Virus record (IMG/VR): IMGVR_UViG_2875952388_000001
From: a virus
Direction: 5' to 3' (one strand)
Length of the DNA stretch: 20,057 nt
Each line of letters starts with the position of its first letter. The first letter of the stretch is position 1. The notes beneath the pieces are model-generated. The model was not told the DNA's origin. It did no database searches and saw nothing but the letters and a program-made list of their open reading frames with translations. Below are positions 6,697-14,531 of this stretch, one piece after another. Both the position numbers and the translations under genes were made by a program.

Positions 6697-8436
6697 ATGA
6701 ACCATAAAATTATCTGTGCAAATTTTCTGGATGCCGCTAAGGAGATAGAAGATGAGAGCATAGATACTGTCCTTACCAGTGTACCCTTTTATGGGCTTAG
6801 AAACTACGGAGAAGAAACAGCGATTGATTGGGGAGACTGGCATGGGCAACTGGGCTTAGAGCCAACTCCTGAATTATATATTGAGCATCTTCGTGTGATG
6901 TTCAAAGAAGTAAAGCGAATGTTGAAGTCTACGGGAACTTGCTGGGTGAATCTTGGAGATACTTACGCAGGTTCTGGATGTGGCAAAGGCGATTATAGGA
7001 ACAACAATAAACGCTCTGTTTCTAATCCCATGCTTTATTGTGATAAGCCGAATCCACAATTAAAATCTAACTTGCCTGCAAAGTCAATGATGATGATACC
7101 GGAACGGTTTGCATTCATGATGCTTGATGAAAACTGGATCCTTAGGAACAAAATTTGCTGGTTTAAGCCCAACGGCCTTCCATCAAGCGTCCAAGACCGC
7201 TTTAACACGACTTGGGAATACCTCTTTTTCTTTGTTAAGAACAACAAACCTGTTTATTTTTACAATGATAAAACAGGTTTAATGGTTGATAAAAAGCCTA
7301 AAACGCAAATAGAAGGTGTAGATTGGGATTGGAAGGATGTTGGCAATAACTATTCAAAAAACAATACAAAAATAGAAGCTGAAGATGCTGAAAAATATAG
7401 CTCACCACGTGCCCGAATACATAGAGAAAAAAAGCAGAAGAAAGTATCACACTGGCATTCATTGGACTATTGGTTTGATTTGGATGCAGTACGGGAGGAA
7501 CATAAATGGATAGATGGAAATGGTAAAAGAATTGGTAGTGAGCAATTAGGTGCCAGAGTAAAAGCAAACAAAGATTTCTTTAATAAGAAAGGGTCAGGTG
7601 GGAACTATGACTATGGTGGTTTAGATAGTAGAGAAGGAGTGCATAACAACCCATCAGGTAAGAATCCAGGCGATGTTGTGTTTTATAATAGTAAATATAA
7701 TATAGCGGAGCATGGACAAACTTTACAAGGATTCACACGAGAGCAAAGCATAGCAAAAAAAAGACATCAGTCAAGAATTGATGCTAAGTTTCTATTTCCT
7801 GATAATAAAAAGAAGCAACAAGAATATGTCAACTATGTGCATGACCATCTTGGTCATCCTCTCGGGCCTACCCCTGGAGATTTCTGGCCAGTAAATACCC
7901 AGCCCTTCCCAGAAGCCCACTTTGCCGTCTTTCCTCAGAAATTATGCGAGAAGCCTATTCTTGCAGGATGCCCTGAGCAGACGTGTAAATACTGTGGCAA
8001 GCCGAGAATGAGGATAATGAAAAAACAAGAGATACCAATAGAAGAAGCTATGAAAGACCCTGCATATTTACGAGCCACACCAAATAAAGATGGGGAATAT
8101 CATGGCAAAGGAATTAAAGATTATCATTCCGCTAAAGCTGAAAATCCATCAAATGCAAAAAGAAGAATATTACAGTCTATGAGGACAATATCAGAAACAA
8201 CTGGCTGGACCGACTGCGAATGCAAAGCTGATGACAAATACGAGCCTGGTGTTGTCTTAGACCCATTTGCTGGCTCTGGCACAGTTGGTGTAGTCGCTGA
8301 GAAGCTGGGTAGGAATAGCATCCAGATAGACATAAAGCCTGAATACTGCGAGATGGCATATAAGCGACTGAAGCCATTAGTTGAGCAGACAAAGCTATTT
8401 GCATCTAAGTCCACAATAGAGAGGATAGGTTTCTGA
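6697..8436 (+). CDS. N4-cytosine/N6-adenine DNA methyltransferase (beta class) with large insertions and a zinc ribbon
   Basis: N-terminal TSVPFYGLRNY (variant of TSPPY.GLRDY), WVNLGDTY, WFKPNGLPSSVQDR, HFAVFP, CKYC...CEC, C-terminal LDPFAGSGT. Confidence 0.92.
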   Translation: MNHKIICANFLDAAKEIEDESIDTVLTSVPFYGLRNYGEETAIDWGDWHGQLGLEPTPELYIEHLRVMFKEVKRMLKSTGTCWVNLGDTYAGSGCGKGDYRNNNKRSVSNPMLYCDKPNPQLKSNLPAKSMMMIPERFAFMMLDENWILRNKICWFKPNGLPSSVQDRFNTTWEYLFFFVKNNKPVYFYNDKTGLMVDKKPKTQIEGVDWDWKDVGNNYSKNNTKIEAEDAEKYSSPRARIHREKKQKKVSHWHSLDYWFDLDAVREEHKWIDGNGKRIGSEQLGARVKANKDFFNKKGSGGNYDYGGLDSREGVHNNPSGKNPGDVVFYNSKYNIAEHGQTLQGFTREQSIAKKRHQSRIDAKFLFPDNKKKQQEYVNYVHDHLGHPLGPTPGDFWPVNTQPFPEAHFAVFPQKLCEKPILAGCPEQTCKYCGKPRMRIMKKQEIPIEEAMKDPAYLRATPNKDGEYHGKGIKDYHSAKAENPSNAKRRILQSMRTISETTGWTDCECKADDKYEPGVVLDPFAGSGTVGVVAEKLGRNSIQIDIKPEYCEMAYKRLKPLVEQTKLFASKSTIERIGF

Positions 8437-8457
8437 AGCTATGAAAGCATATTTGCA

Positions 8458-8778
8458 TTAGTCAAATTGAGAGAACGCAGCATTATCTAACAGCTTGTGC
8501 TTTAACGCACGCCCACTACCAGTTAGCTCGTCATCCTCTTTGTTTGCGTACTCTTCCCATAGCACACAGAAATAGTCTTTGAACTCGTCCTCACATTCTT
8601 CTATCGTTGGGGCAGCGGCTAATATGCTCAATTCCTCGTGATACAATATCCACCCTTCAGCGGATGGTTCTGGCTCTACCTCAATGGGAGCTCTTAATTT
8701 TAATGCGTGCCCATCACAGGGGATCTCATTAAAGGTTACCATTGTTTGGCTTGTGAGCTTTGTCTTTGTCTTGAACAT
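8458..8778 (-). CDS. HicB-like (RNase H-like fold) antitoxin-family protein
   Basis: PIEVEPEPSAEGWILYHEELSILAAAPTIEECEDEF...LWEEY...LK resembles the HicB N-terminal pattern; AGGAG RBS. Confidence 0.55.
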   Translation of the reverse strand: MFKTKTKLTSQTMVTFNEIPCDGHALKLRAPIEVEPEPSAEGWILYHEELSILAAAPTIEECEDEFKDYFCVLWEEYANKEDDELTGSGRALKHKLLDNAAFSQFD

Positions 8779-8810
8779 TTTTTTCTCCTATTATTATATT
8801 AGGAAAAGGG

Positions 8811-8854
8811 TATTTAAGGTTTTCGGTTTTTAACGAAGTAGAAAAGTTTATATA
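8811..8854. promoter_or_regulatory. Back-to-back BRE-TATA promoters (cassette 3)
   Basis: Minus: CCGAAAA-C-CTTAAATA; plus: TAGAAAA-G-TTTATATA; TTTTCGG 8820-8826 and TAGAAAA 8839-8845 are 12 bp apart. Confidence 0.75.
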
Positions 8855-8895
8855 CTAAAAATATAAATATCTAATTAGTGAACATTTAAGGGAAA

Positions 8896-9131
8896 ATGTG
8901 GATAAAAGACCTTAGATGCGATAGAGAGAGGGAGACCACATCGCGATTATTGGCAAGCCGGCTTTAAAGAAGAGCCGAAGCACATGTAGCCAATATCGTA
9001 AAAAGCGAGAAGACGCAGTTCTGAAAACCTTTGCGAAAGTAGAGGTGGACGGGATAGAGGATGTGGGGTTACATCCAGTACGATGCGAACTTGATAGCAT
9101 CATACGAAGAGGTTTGAAACAAAATGGTTGA
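8896..9131 (+). pseudogene. Frameshifted ~77-aa ORF (extra AG in an (AG)4 run)
   Basis: The ATG 8896 frame stops after 23 aa. Removing 2 nt from AGAGAGAG (8923-8930) joins MWIKDLRCDRE to an open 66-codon frame (GDHIAIIGKP...KQNG, TGA 9129-9131). Confidence 0.5.
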
Positions 9132-9257
9132 ATCTCATAACCTATTATTGGCATAGTAACTAACCTGTGTGTTTTGTTTATATTTATATTTTAAAGACAA
9201 ATATGTTGTGCAGGATGTGGTTACAAGCAAATTACAAAAGAGCCAAAAAATAAAAAA

Positions 9258-9506
9258 CTATCTGATGATTTTTCCTGTTCTTCTCCCTTTATGATCTATG
9301 CCCTCGCTATACCTTCCTATTAATAGCGCTGCCTCTGGGTCTCTCCTATATTCTTTATCTGCTTTATACCTACCGTGTAGTTCATCAATTACTAACGCGA
9401 TAGTCGCTGTTATTAATACCATAGCCCATGCGATTTCCCACCGCAATGCAGAAACCACCAGCACAAGCAGAAACACAGCAGACCAGAGAAGTAATTTTCC
9501 AAACAT
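9258..9506 (-). CDS. Small membrane protein, 2 TM segments (82 aa)
   Basis: ORF track; two N-terminal hydrophobic segments; has its own promoter. Confidence 0.75.
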   Translation of the reverse strand: MFGKLLLWSAVFLLVLVVSALRWEIAWAMVLITATIALVIDELHGRYKADKEYRRDPEAALLIGRYSEGIDHKGRRTGKIIR

Positions 9507-9537
9507 TGTATCTTTATTATAGAAGTTATTCTCTCGC

Positions 9538-9553
9538 CTTTTAAAACTTTCTA
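9538..9553 (-). promoter_or_regulatory. BRE-TATA promoter for 9258..9506
   Basis: Minus strand TAGAAAG-TTTTAAAAG, about 30-40 bp upstream of the ATG. Confidence 0.55.
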
Positions 9554-9721
9554 TTTTAAAAAACTAAAAATTGTAGTGCTGGATGTGGTTACAAGCAAAA
9601 AAAAGATCCTCATGCTACCTAACCATATCCGGCTAGGGGCACGCCTCTTTGAACATATTGAGCAGCGTGAAGAGTTTAGGGTAACCCAATAATATTAGCT
9701 ATACCTCTCCAAAAATAAAAA

Positions 9722-9738
9722 ACGAAACCTTTTTAAAG
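9722..9738 (+). promoter_or_regulatory. BRE-TATA promoter of the replication operon
   Basis: ACGAAAC-CTTTTTAAAG upstream of ATG 9774. Confidence 0.55.
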
Positions 9739-9773
9739 GGCAATCGCCAATATAATATCGGTGATGAACTAAA

Positions 9774-9926
9774 ATGGAAGAAGAAAAAGAAAAAGGAGGG
9801 GCACAGATTCCCCTCAGGGTCGGTAATCAAGGACGGATTATTATTCCCCAGTCCGTCCTCACGAAAAGGGGAATCACAGAAGGGGATATTGTATGGGTCT
9901 ATGTTGAGAAGGCGACAGTGAAATAG
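9774..9926 (+). CDS. AbrB/MazE/SpoVT-family DNA-binding protein (50 aa)
   Basis: Manual translation: LRVGNQGRIIIPQSVLTKRGITEGDIVWVYVEK; GGTGA RBS. Confidence 0.85.
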   Translation: MEEEKEKGGAQIPLRVGNQGRIIIPQSVLTKRGITEGDIVWVYVEKATVK

Positions 9927-9979
9927 GATATGAGGTGAAAAAGAAAAATGGAGAGATATAAAAGGGAGGAAAGCAGGGA

Positions 9980-10597
9980 ATGCAGGAAAAGGATGCTACA
10001 GACTCTTTAAGGAAATGGCTAGAAGCAGCAAGTTTTTCAGTATATACAGGTGGTCAATTTCGAGTTGAAGGTGGAGGTGGACGTCCCGATATGGTTATTT
10101 CAAGTAACGCCAGCGGGAATGACTGGAATGCCGCAATTGAAATTAAGCGCAGTAAGAGCAAAGATGTAAATTTGGCGGAAAAGATTATAAATTATGCGCG
10201 CGCTTACCGTGACGGAGCGGAATATATAATTGATGGTAAACCATACCTGATAAGCGACTTCCTCATAGCGACTGAATTAAGTGAAATAGGACGCCTATTT
10301 GATGATGATATTCCCCCTAGTGACAAGAGGAAGAGGAAACAACAAGAATTCTATCAAAAGTATCCCTTTATCGAACCGTACTTTGAATGGCAACGAAGTG
10401 CTGATTTTTTACGTGGTATTTGGCGCAAGTGGAAAGACAGATCTGGTATGGAAGAGATCAATATAGGTGTTCTGCTTTCATCAATCAACGATAAATTTCC
10501 TGAAAAGCTACTAACAGGACAGTTTAGACCAATGCGCTTCATAATGCACTTCAGCTTTTGGAAGAGGAGGTGGACGCAACTATGGAAAAGGATATAG
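9980..10597 (+). CDS. PD-(D/E)XK nuclease superfamily protein
   Basis: E-K-D helix, GRPDMV and AAIEIKRS catalytic motifs. Confidence 0.7.
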   Translation: MQEKDATDSLRKWLEAASFSVYTGGQFRVEGGGGRPDMVISSNASGNDWNAAIEIKRSKSKDVNLAEKIINYARAYRDGAEYIIDGKPYLISDFLIATELSEIGRLFDDDIPPSDKRKRKQQEFYQKYPFIEPYFEWQRSADFLRGIWRKWKDRSGMEEINIGVLLSSINDKFPEKLLTGQFRPMRFIMHFSFWKRRWTQLWKRI

Positions 10598-13500
10598 TGG
10601 ATCACTATCAGCGCTGCAAAGACGTTATACTAAGCTATTGCAGAGAAGGCACTGCTTTTAGAGCATTAATCGGGAATCACAATCACTGGTGGCATATAGA
10701 CAAAAAGAAAGGAACCGCAAAAATGTTCTATTCAAATAACCAGGATTACGATATACTTACTTCCAACTATCGCACATTGTATTGGACTGCCCAACTATTC
10801 AGCTCGGAAACCGCTAATATCGAGAAGCCCTTTAATTTTGAACGCTATCAAATAAGTGAACAAATTGGGAGTAGGGAAGACACCATTTATCATTCATTCT
10901 TCTTGGATCTCGATAAAGCGAAAGGTAAGGACATTCGTGACCCCGAAGTTATTAAATGGTTGGAAAAAGCAATTAAGTTCTTCGCGGATAAACTCCTTGC
11001 TACGGGCGTTGAAAGTTTTGGACTTGCGTTTTCTGGTGGCGGCGCATATTGCGTGCTTCACCCACGATTAGGAATGATTGGTGAAGAAGAAGAAAATAGA
11101 TCATACAAAATTGAGATTGTGCAAAAGGCTTTCGATTTGTTTATTGGTAATGTTGCCGCCGAGTTCTTTTCGCAGTTCCCAGAAGCTATTAATTGGGTGA
11201 AGTTTGATAAGCTAAATTACGTTAGTAAAAGACAGGTTAAGACGCTTTTATCAGTCCATAAGGAATACCCGTATGCCGTTATTCCACTCGACAAGTACCA
11301 CCCAAAGATAAACCTTGAAGAAGCAAGTTTGCCTATCTCTGATGAAATATTAGAAAACGCTAAGGGATGGCTTTCATACCATGACGATATAGATAAATTC
11401 GGGGAATTGCTTGCATCCGAGATTGAAAAAGCGGAAAAGAGTACAAAGGAAATCCAAGTTTCTGGTACACGGACAGTAGAAATAGAAGACTCCGAAGTTG
11501 GCGTATCAGAGTGGGCACCATGTATAAGAAACATACTTGACAGAAAAGATTTGAAGAGCGGAGAAGGAGCTACCAGAGCATTAGCCGTTTTAGCTTCTTA
11601 CATGCGTTATGTCAGTGTTCCAGAGAAGAAAGCTTACAATATGTTTAACCAAAAAGCGGATGAGTGGAATGCGGAAACATCAAACATCTTTGAGAGTTGG
11701 TATGGTTGCAGCCACTTGAATAAACCAATTTGCTTTGTGCCCTCATGCGAAAAGATGCAGAAAAAAGGAAGAAGTGGCTATCCGCATCCAACATTAGGTG
11801 ATTTAAATGTGTGCTCTCCCACAGAACGATGTAATGAGATACGGAGCCCTATCCAGTACCATAAAAACAAAATTGAGGACGTATTTTATCTCGATGAGAG
11901 GGGGCGGCGCCGAATTAATTATGAGGTGCTGTTAAGTAACCTCATGACGGACCACCTGTTTAAGACCCTCGATGATACTGAAGAAGTGTTGGTTTATGAT
12001 AATGGGATATACCGCCCTGGTGCCACGCTAATTAAGCAATATGTTGAATCCGTATTGGGTGATCTTGCAAATTTGCGGGTAGTGCGAGAAATTATAGCTC
12101 ATGTTCAACGGCGTACATACACATCTCGCAGTGCATTCAACAATAACAAAAACTTCCTCCCCGTCATGAATGGCTTGCTTAATCTTACGACGTATCAGCT
12201 GGAAAATTTCAACCCAGACAAATTATACACTTTTCGGGTGCATGTTGAATACAATAGCTCTGCACGATATGACCATACTGAAGAGTTTTTTAATCAGGTG
12301 CTTGCGGAGAATGAAGATATACAAATTATGCAAGAAATATTTGGCTACTGCCTTTATCCTGATCATCCCGCGCATAAGACGTTCTGGTGGTTGGGCACAG
12401 GGCGAAATGGTAAGACAACCACTGGGAATATCTTAACTGCTCTTATTGGATCCGCAAATACATCGGGTGTACCGCTTAAACAACTCGATGGGGAACATCG
12501 CTTCGCGGTGGCTCGTCTTTTTGGCAAGTTGTTGAATTTAGTTGCGGAGCCGGAAACGCGAGGACTCATGGAAACACCTATACTTAAATCAGCAGTTGGG
12601 GGCGACACTATTTCGGGCGAGAAAAAAGGCATGCAAGAAAACCTTATTTTTTGCAATTTCGCTAAATTTGTGATCTATGCAAATCGAGTCCCCAGGATAG
12701 AGGACGAAAGCGTTGCGTTTTGGGACCGTGTGATTGTGATAAAATTCCCATATGAATTCCGAGGGGATAATGCAAAGAAAAACCACCATAAAACAGTAAT
12801 AAGCAAAGATGGACTTTCGGGACTACTTAATTGGGCTTTGGTAGGCTTGGAAAGATTAAAGGCGCAGGATTGGGAATTCTCTACATCGCCTTCTCAGGAA
12901 AATGCAAGATTATCTATGAAGCGGCAGTCACAACCAGTGGCGTCATTCGTTGAGGAATGGACAGAATTTGATAGTACAGGTTACATGGAAAAAGAAGCGC
13001 TGTTCGATGCGTATAAAATTTATTGTGATGTCTATAAATTAATAATACCTGATGAAGGTAACTTCACACGTGATCTGAAACGATGTGCAAGAGTGAAACC
13101 TTTCCGACCGCGGATTGGAAAACGGCAAATACCAGCTTGGCAAGGTATAAAAATCAAAGAGGATGCAGAGGTGGCTATATCATTTACGGATGAGGCAGAA
13201 AACGCAGAAACAAAAAAGGACCTTGATAGTAGCGCTACAAACAAAATAGAGAAGAAAGAGGTTCGCAATTTATCTGAATTTTTAAGTGAGTGCAGTGAGT
13301 TGGGGGAGTATACCTTTTCCCTTTCACAAAAACTGGTAGGGGAAAGAGAAGAGGAAAAAGGAAATAAAGACATAATACCCCTACGTGAGGCGGGTGGAAA
13401 ACCCCTTACTCACCTTACTCACCTTACTCAAACACAAAATACTGCAAAAGGTGAAAATACAGCAACCTGCGAAATATGCGGCAATGTAAAAACGCTGACT

Positions 13501-13746
13501 TCATATAGCCTCGATACCGATGGTGAAAATAAGACTATCGGAATTTGCCATGAATGTCGAAAGGAAATAATGGAAAAAGAAAAGAAAGTCAAACCAAAAA
13601 CAGCAAGAGAAAAAAAGCCGAAGACAGTAAACGCAGGCGAGGTAGAAAAGGACGGTAGCATTGACCCACGAGCTTTTGAAGAGGACTTTCAGGTAAAACA
13701 GGATAAAAAGGTGATGGAAGAAAAGGCAAGAGGAGGTTTATCATGA
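10582..13746 (+). CDS. Fused primase-helicase: AEP/PriS-like + PriL-like Fe-S domain + D5/SF3 helicase + wHTH + zinc ribbon
   Basis: FFLDLD, FSGGGAY and KTLLSVHK (AEP motifs); APCI...PSCEKM...C...RC..IRSPIQYH (PriL-CTD-like); VMNGLLNL (D5_N); GTGRNGKT (Walker A), IYANRVP and FWDRV (SF3); CEIC...CHEC. Start placed at ATG 10582 after GAGGAGGTGG. Confidence 0.9.
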   Translation: MEKDIVDHYQRCKDVILSYCREGTAFRALIGNHNHWWHIDKKKGTAKMFYSNNQDYDILTSNYRTLYWTAQLFSSETANIEKPFNFERYQISEQIGSREDTIYHSFFLDLDKAKGKDIRDPEVIKWLEKAIKFFADKLLATGVESFGLAFSGGGAYCVLHPRLGMIGEEEENRSYKIEIVQKAFDLFIGNVAAEFFSQFPEAINWVKFDKLNYVSKRQVKTLLSVHKEYPYAVIPLDKYHPKINLEEASLPISDEILENAKGWLSYHDDIDKFGELLASEIEKAEKSTKEIQVSGTRTVEIEDSEVGVSEWAPCIRNILDRKDLKSGEGATRALAVLASYMRYVSVPEKKAYNMFNQKADEWNAETSNIFESWYGCSHLNKPICFVPSCEKMQKKGRSGYPHPTLGDLNVCSPTERCNEIRSPIQYHKNKIEDVFYLDERGRRRINYEVLLSNLMTDHLFKTLDDTEEVLVYDNGIYRPGATLIKQYVESVLGDLANLRVVREIIAHVQRRTYTSRSAFNNNKNFLPVMNGLLNLTTYQLENFNPDKLYTFRVHVEYNSSARYDHTEEFFNQVLAENEDIQIMQEIFGYCLYPDHPAHKTFWWLGTGRNGKTTTGNILTALIGSANTSGVPLKQLDGEHRFAVARLFGKLLNLVAEPETRGLMETPILKSAVGGDTISGEKKGMQENLIFCNFAKFVIYANRVPRIEDESVAFWDRVIVIKFPYEFRGDNAKKNHHKTVISKDGLSGLLNWALVGLERLKAQDWEFSTSPSQENARLSMKRQSQPVASFVEEWTEFDSTGYMEKEALFDAYKIYCDVYKLIIPDEGNFTRDLKRCARVKPFRPRIGKRQIPAWQGIKIKEDAEVAISFTDEAENAETKKDLDSSATNKIEKKEVRNLSEFLSECSELGEYTFSLSQKLVGEREEEKGNKDIIPLREAGGKPLTHLTHLTQTQNTAKGENTATCEICGNVKTLTSYSLDTDGENKTIGICHECRKEIMEKEKKVKPKTAREKKPKTVNAGEVEKDGSIDPRAFEEDFQVKQDKKVMEEKARGGLS
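13285..13430. repeat. Perfect (CCTTACTCA)x3 at 13404-13430, facing a degenerate inverted 9-bp-period array at 13285-13311
   Basis: Seen directly inside the replicase gene; inner 7-bp inverted repeat GTAGGGG (13336-13342) / CCCCTAC (13378-13384). Confidence 0.75.
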
Positions 13747-13865
13747 GCCAACAACCTGAATATAACCTGTGGGAGCCAGAGCACCCGAAACGTGGGAAGC
13801 GCAGAGATAATTTCATCGGATGGGTTGAGCGTGATGAGGATGGGTGGTTGTGGTACTCAAGATGA
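13743..13865 (+). CDS. Hypothetical 40-aa Trp-rich protein
   Basis: Manual translation; ATGA overlap with the replicase stop; GGAGGT RBS. Confidence 0.6.
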   Translation: MSQQPEYNLWEPEHPKRGKRRDNFIGWVERDEDGWLWYSR

Positions 13866-13886
13866 AAAAAAAGAGGTGAATGAAGA

Positions 13887-14066
13887 ATGAGTGAAGAAAC
13901 CAATATAATGTTATTTTGGAAATGCGATACAGAAGATAAGTATTTCGAGTGTGCGTCTATGGCGGATAGAGAGCACGCAGAGGTTGTGGGTAAACAACTC
14001 CAAAAAGAGGGTTATTGTGAGGTATTTGTGGGTATTGAGACAGAAGCAAAGAGGAAGGAAGAATGA
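13887..14066 (+). CDS. Hypothetical 59-aa protein
   Basis: Manual translation; GAGGTGA RBS; ATGA overlap with the next gene. Confidence 0.65.
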   Translation: MSEETNIMLFWKCDTEDKYFECASMADREHAEVVGKQLQKEGYCEVFVGIETEAKRKEE

Positions 14067-14248
14067 GCACAAACAACATAACCATAGGCAAAAGCAGCTT
14101 TAAAAGTAGGACTGGCTATTTCCCTTCCGAGCTGGAGGTAGGGAAGACGTATAAGCTTGCTTTTGTGATGGAGGTGATCGGACCGCATATACAGGGGGGA
14201 GTTTATCAACATAAAAAAGCATCAAACGCAAAAAATGCAACTAAATAA
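14063..14248 (+). CDS. Hypothetical 61-aa protein
   Basis: ORF track; coupled start. Confidence 0.55.
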   Translation: MSTNNITIGKSSFKSRTGYFPSELEVGKTYKLAFVMEVIGPHIQGGVYQHKKASNAKNATK

Positions 14249-14531
14249 AGAGTTGATAAGGAAGTTTTGTAAAAAGCAGTCTATGAATTGGGACGATCGT
14301 CAGATGCAGTTTGCGTACATTGAAGAAGAGCTGAGTGAGCTTAAGAATGCAAAGCAACACGAAGAAGAGGTTGAAGAGGCTGTGGATGTGCTTGTGACGG
14401 TATTAGTGTACGCAGAGATATCAGGATGGTCAAATGAAATTGAGAAGGGTTTTGAGAAGAAGATGGATGTGAACAATAAGAAGAAGGTTAGAGTTGGAAA
14501 AGAGAGCGTGCCACATGAGCAGGAAAGATGA
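14235..14531 (+). CDS. MazG-like nucleotide pyrophosphohydrolase
   Basis: IEEELSEL...EEVEEAVDVL (ExxE...ExxD metal-binding motif), then KKMDVNNKK. Confidence 0.75.
   Translation: MQLNKELIRKFCKKQSMNWDDRQMQFAYIEEELSELKNAKQHEEEVEEAVDVLVTVLVYAEISGWSNEIEKGFEKKMDVNNKKKVRVGKESVPHEQER

Larger units (their letters stand above)
9208..9599. repeat. 24-bp direct repeat GTGC(A/T)GGATGTGGTTACAAGCAAA (9208-9231 and 9576-9599)
   Basis: 23/24 identical with a 19-bp exact core; brackets gene 9258..9506 and its promoter. Confidence 0.9.

Noticed and set aside
8916-9131. Pyrrolysine/amber readthrough (ATG CGA TAG ...)
   Set aside because: A TAG at codon 3 is more simply explained by the 2-bp slip from ATG 8896; other genes here use TAG as a normal stop.
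8896-9131. HicA toxin partner for the HicB-like gene
   Set aside because: The repaired protein lacks the HicA GSH motif and dsRBD-like pattern, and it is divergent rather than co-transcribed.
9600-9720. Small ORF or ncRNA upstream of the replication promoter
   Set aside because: Only ORFs under 40 aa without an RBS, and no convincing secondary structure.
6697-13746. Inteins in the MTase or helicase
   Set aside because: No Cys/Ser...His-Asn/Cys-Ser-Thr splice junctions or LAGLIDADG blocks are seen around the insertions.
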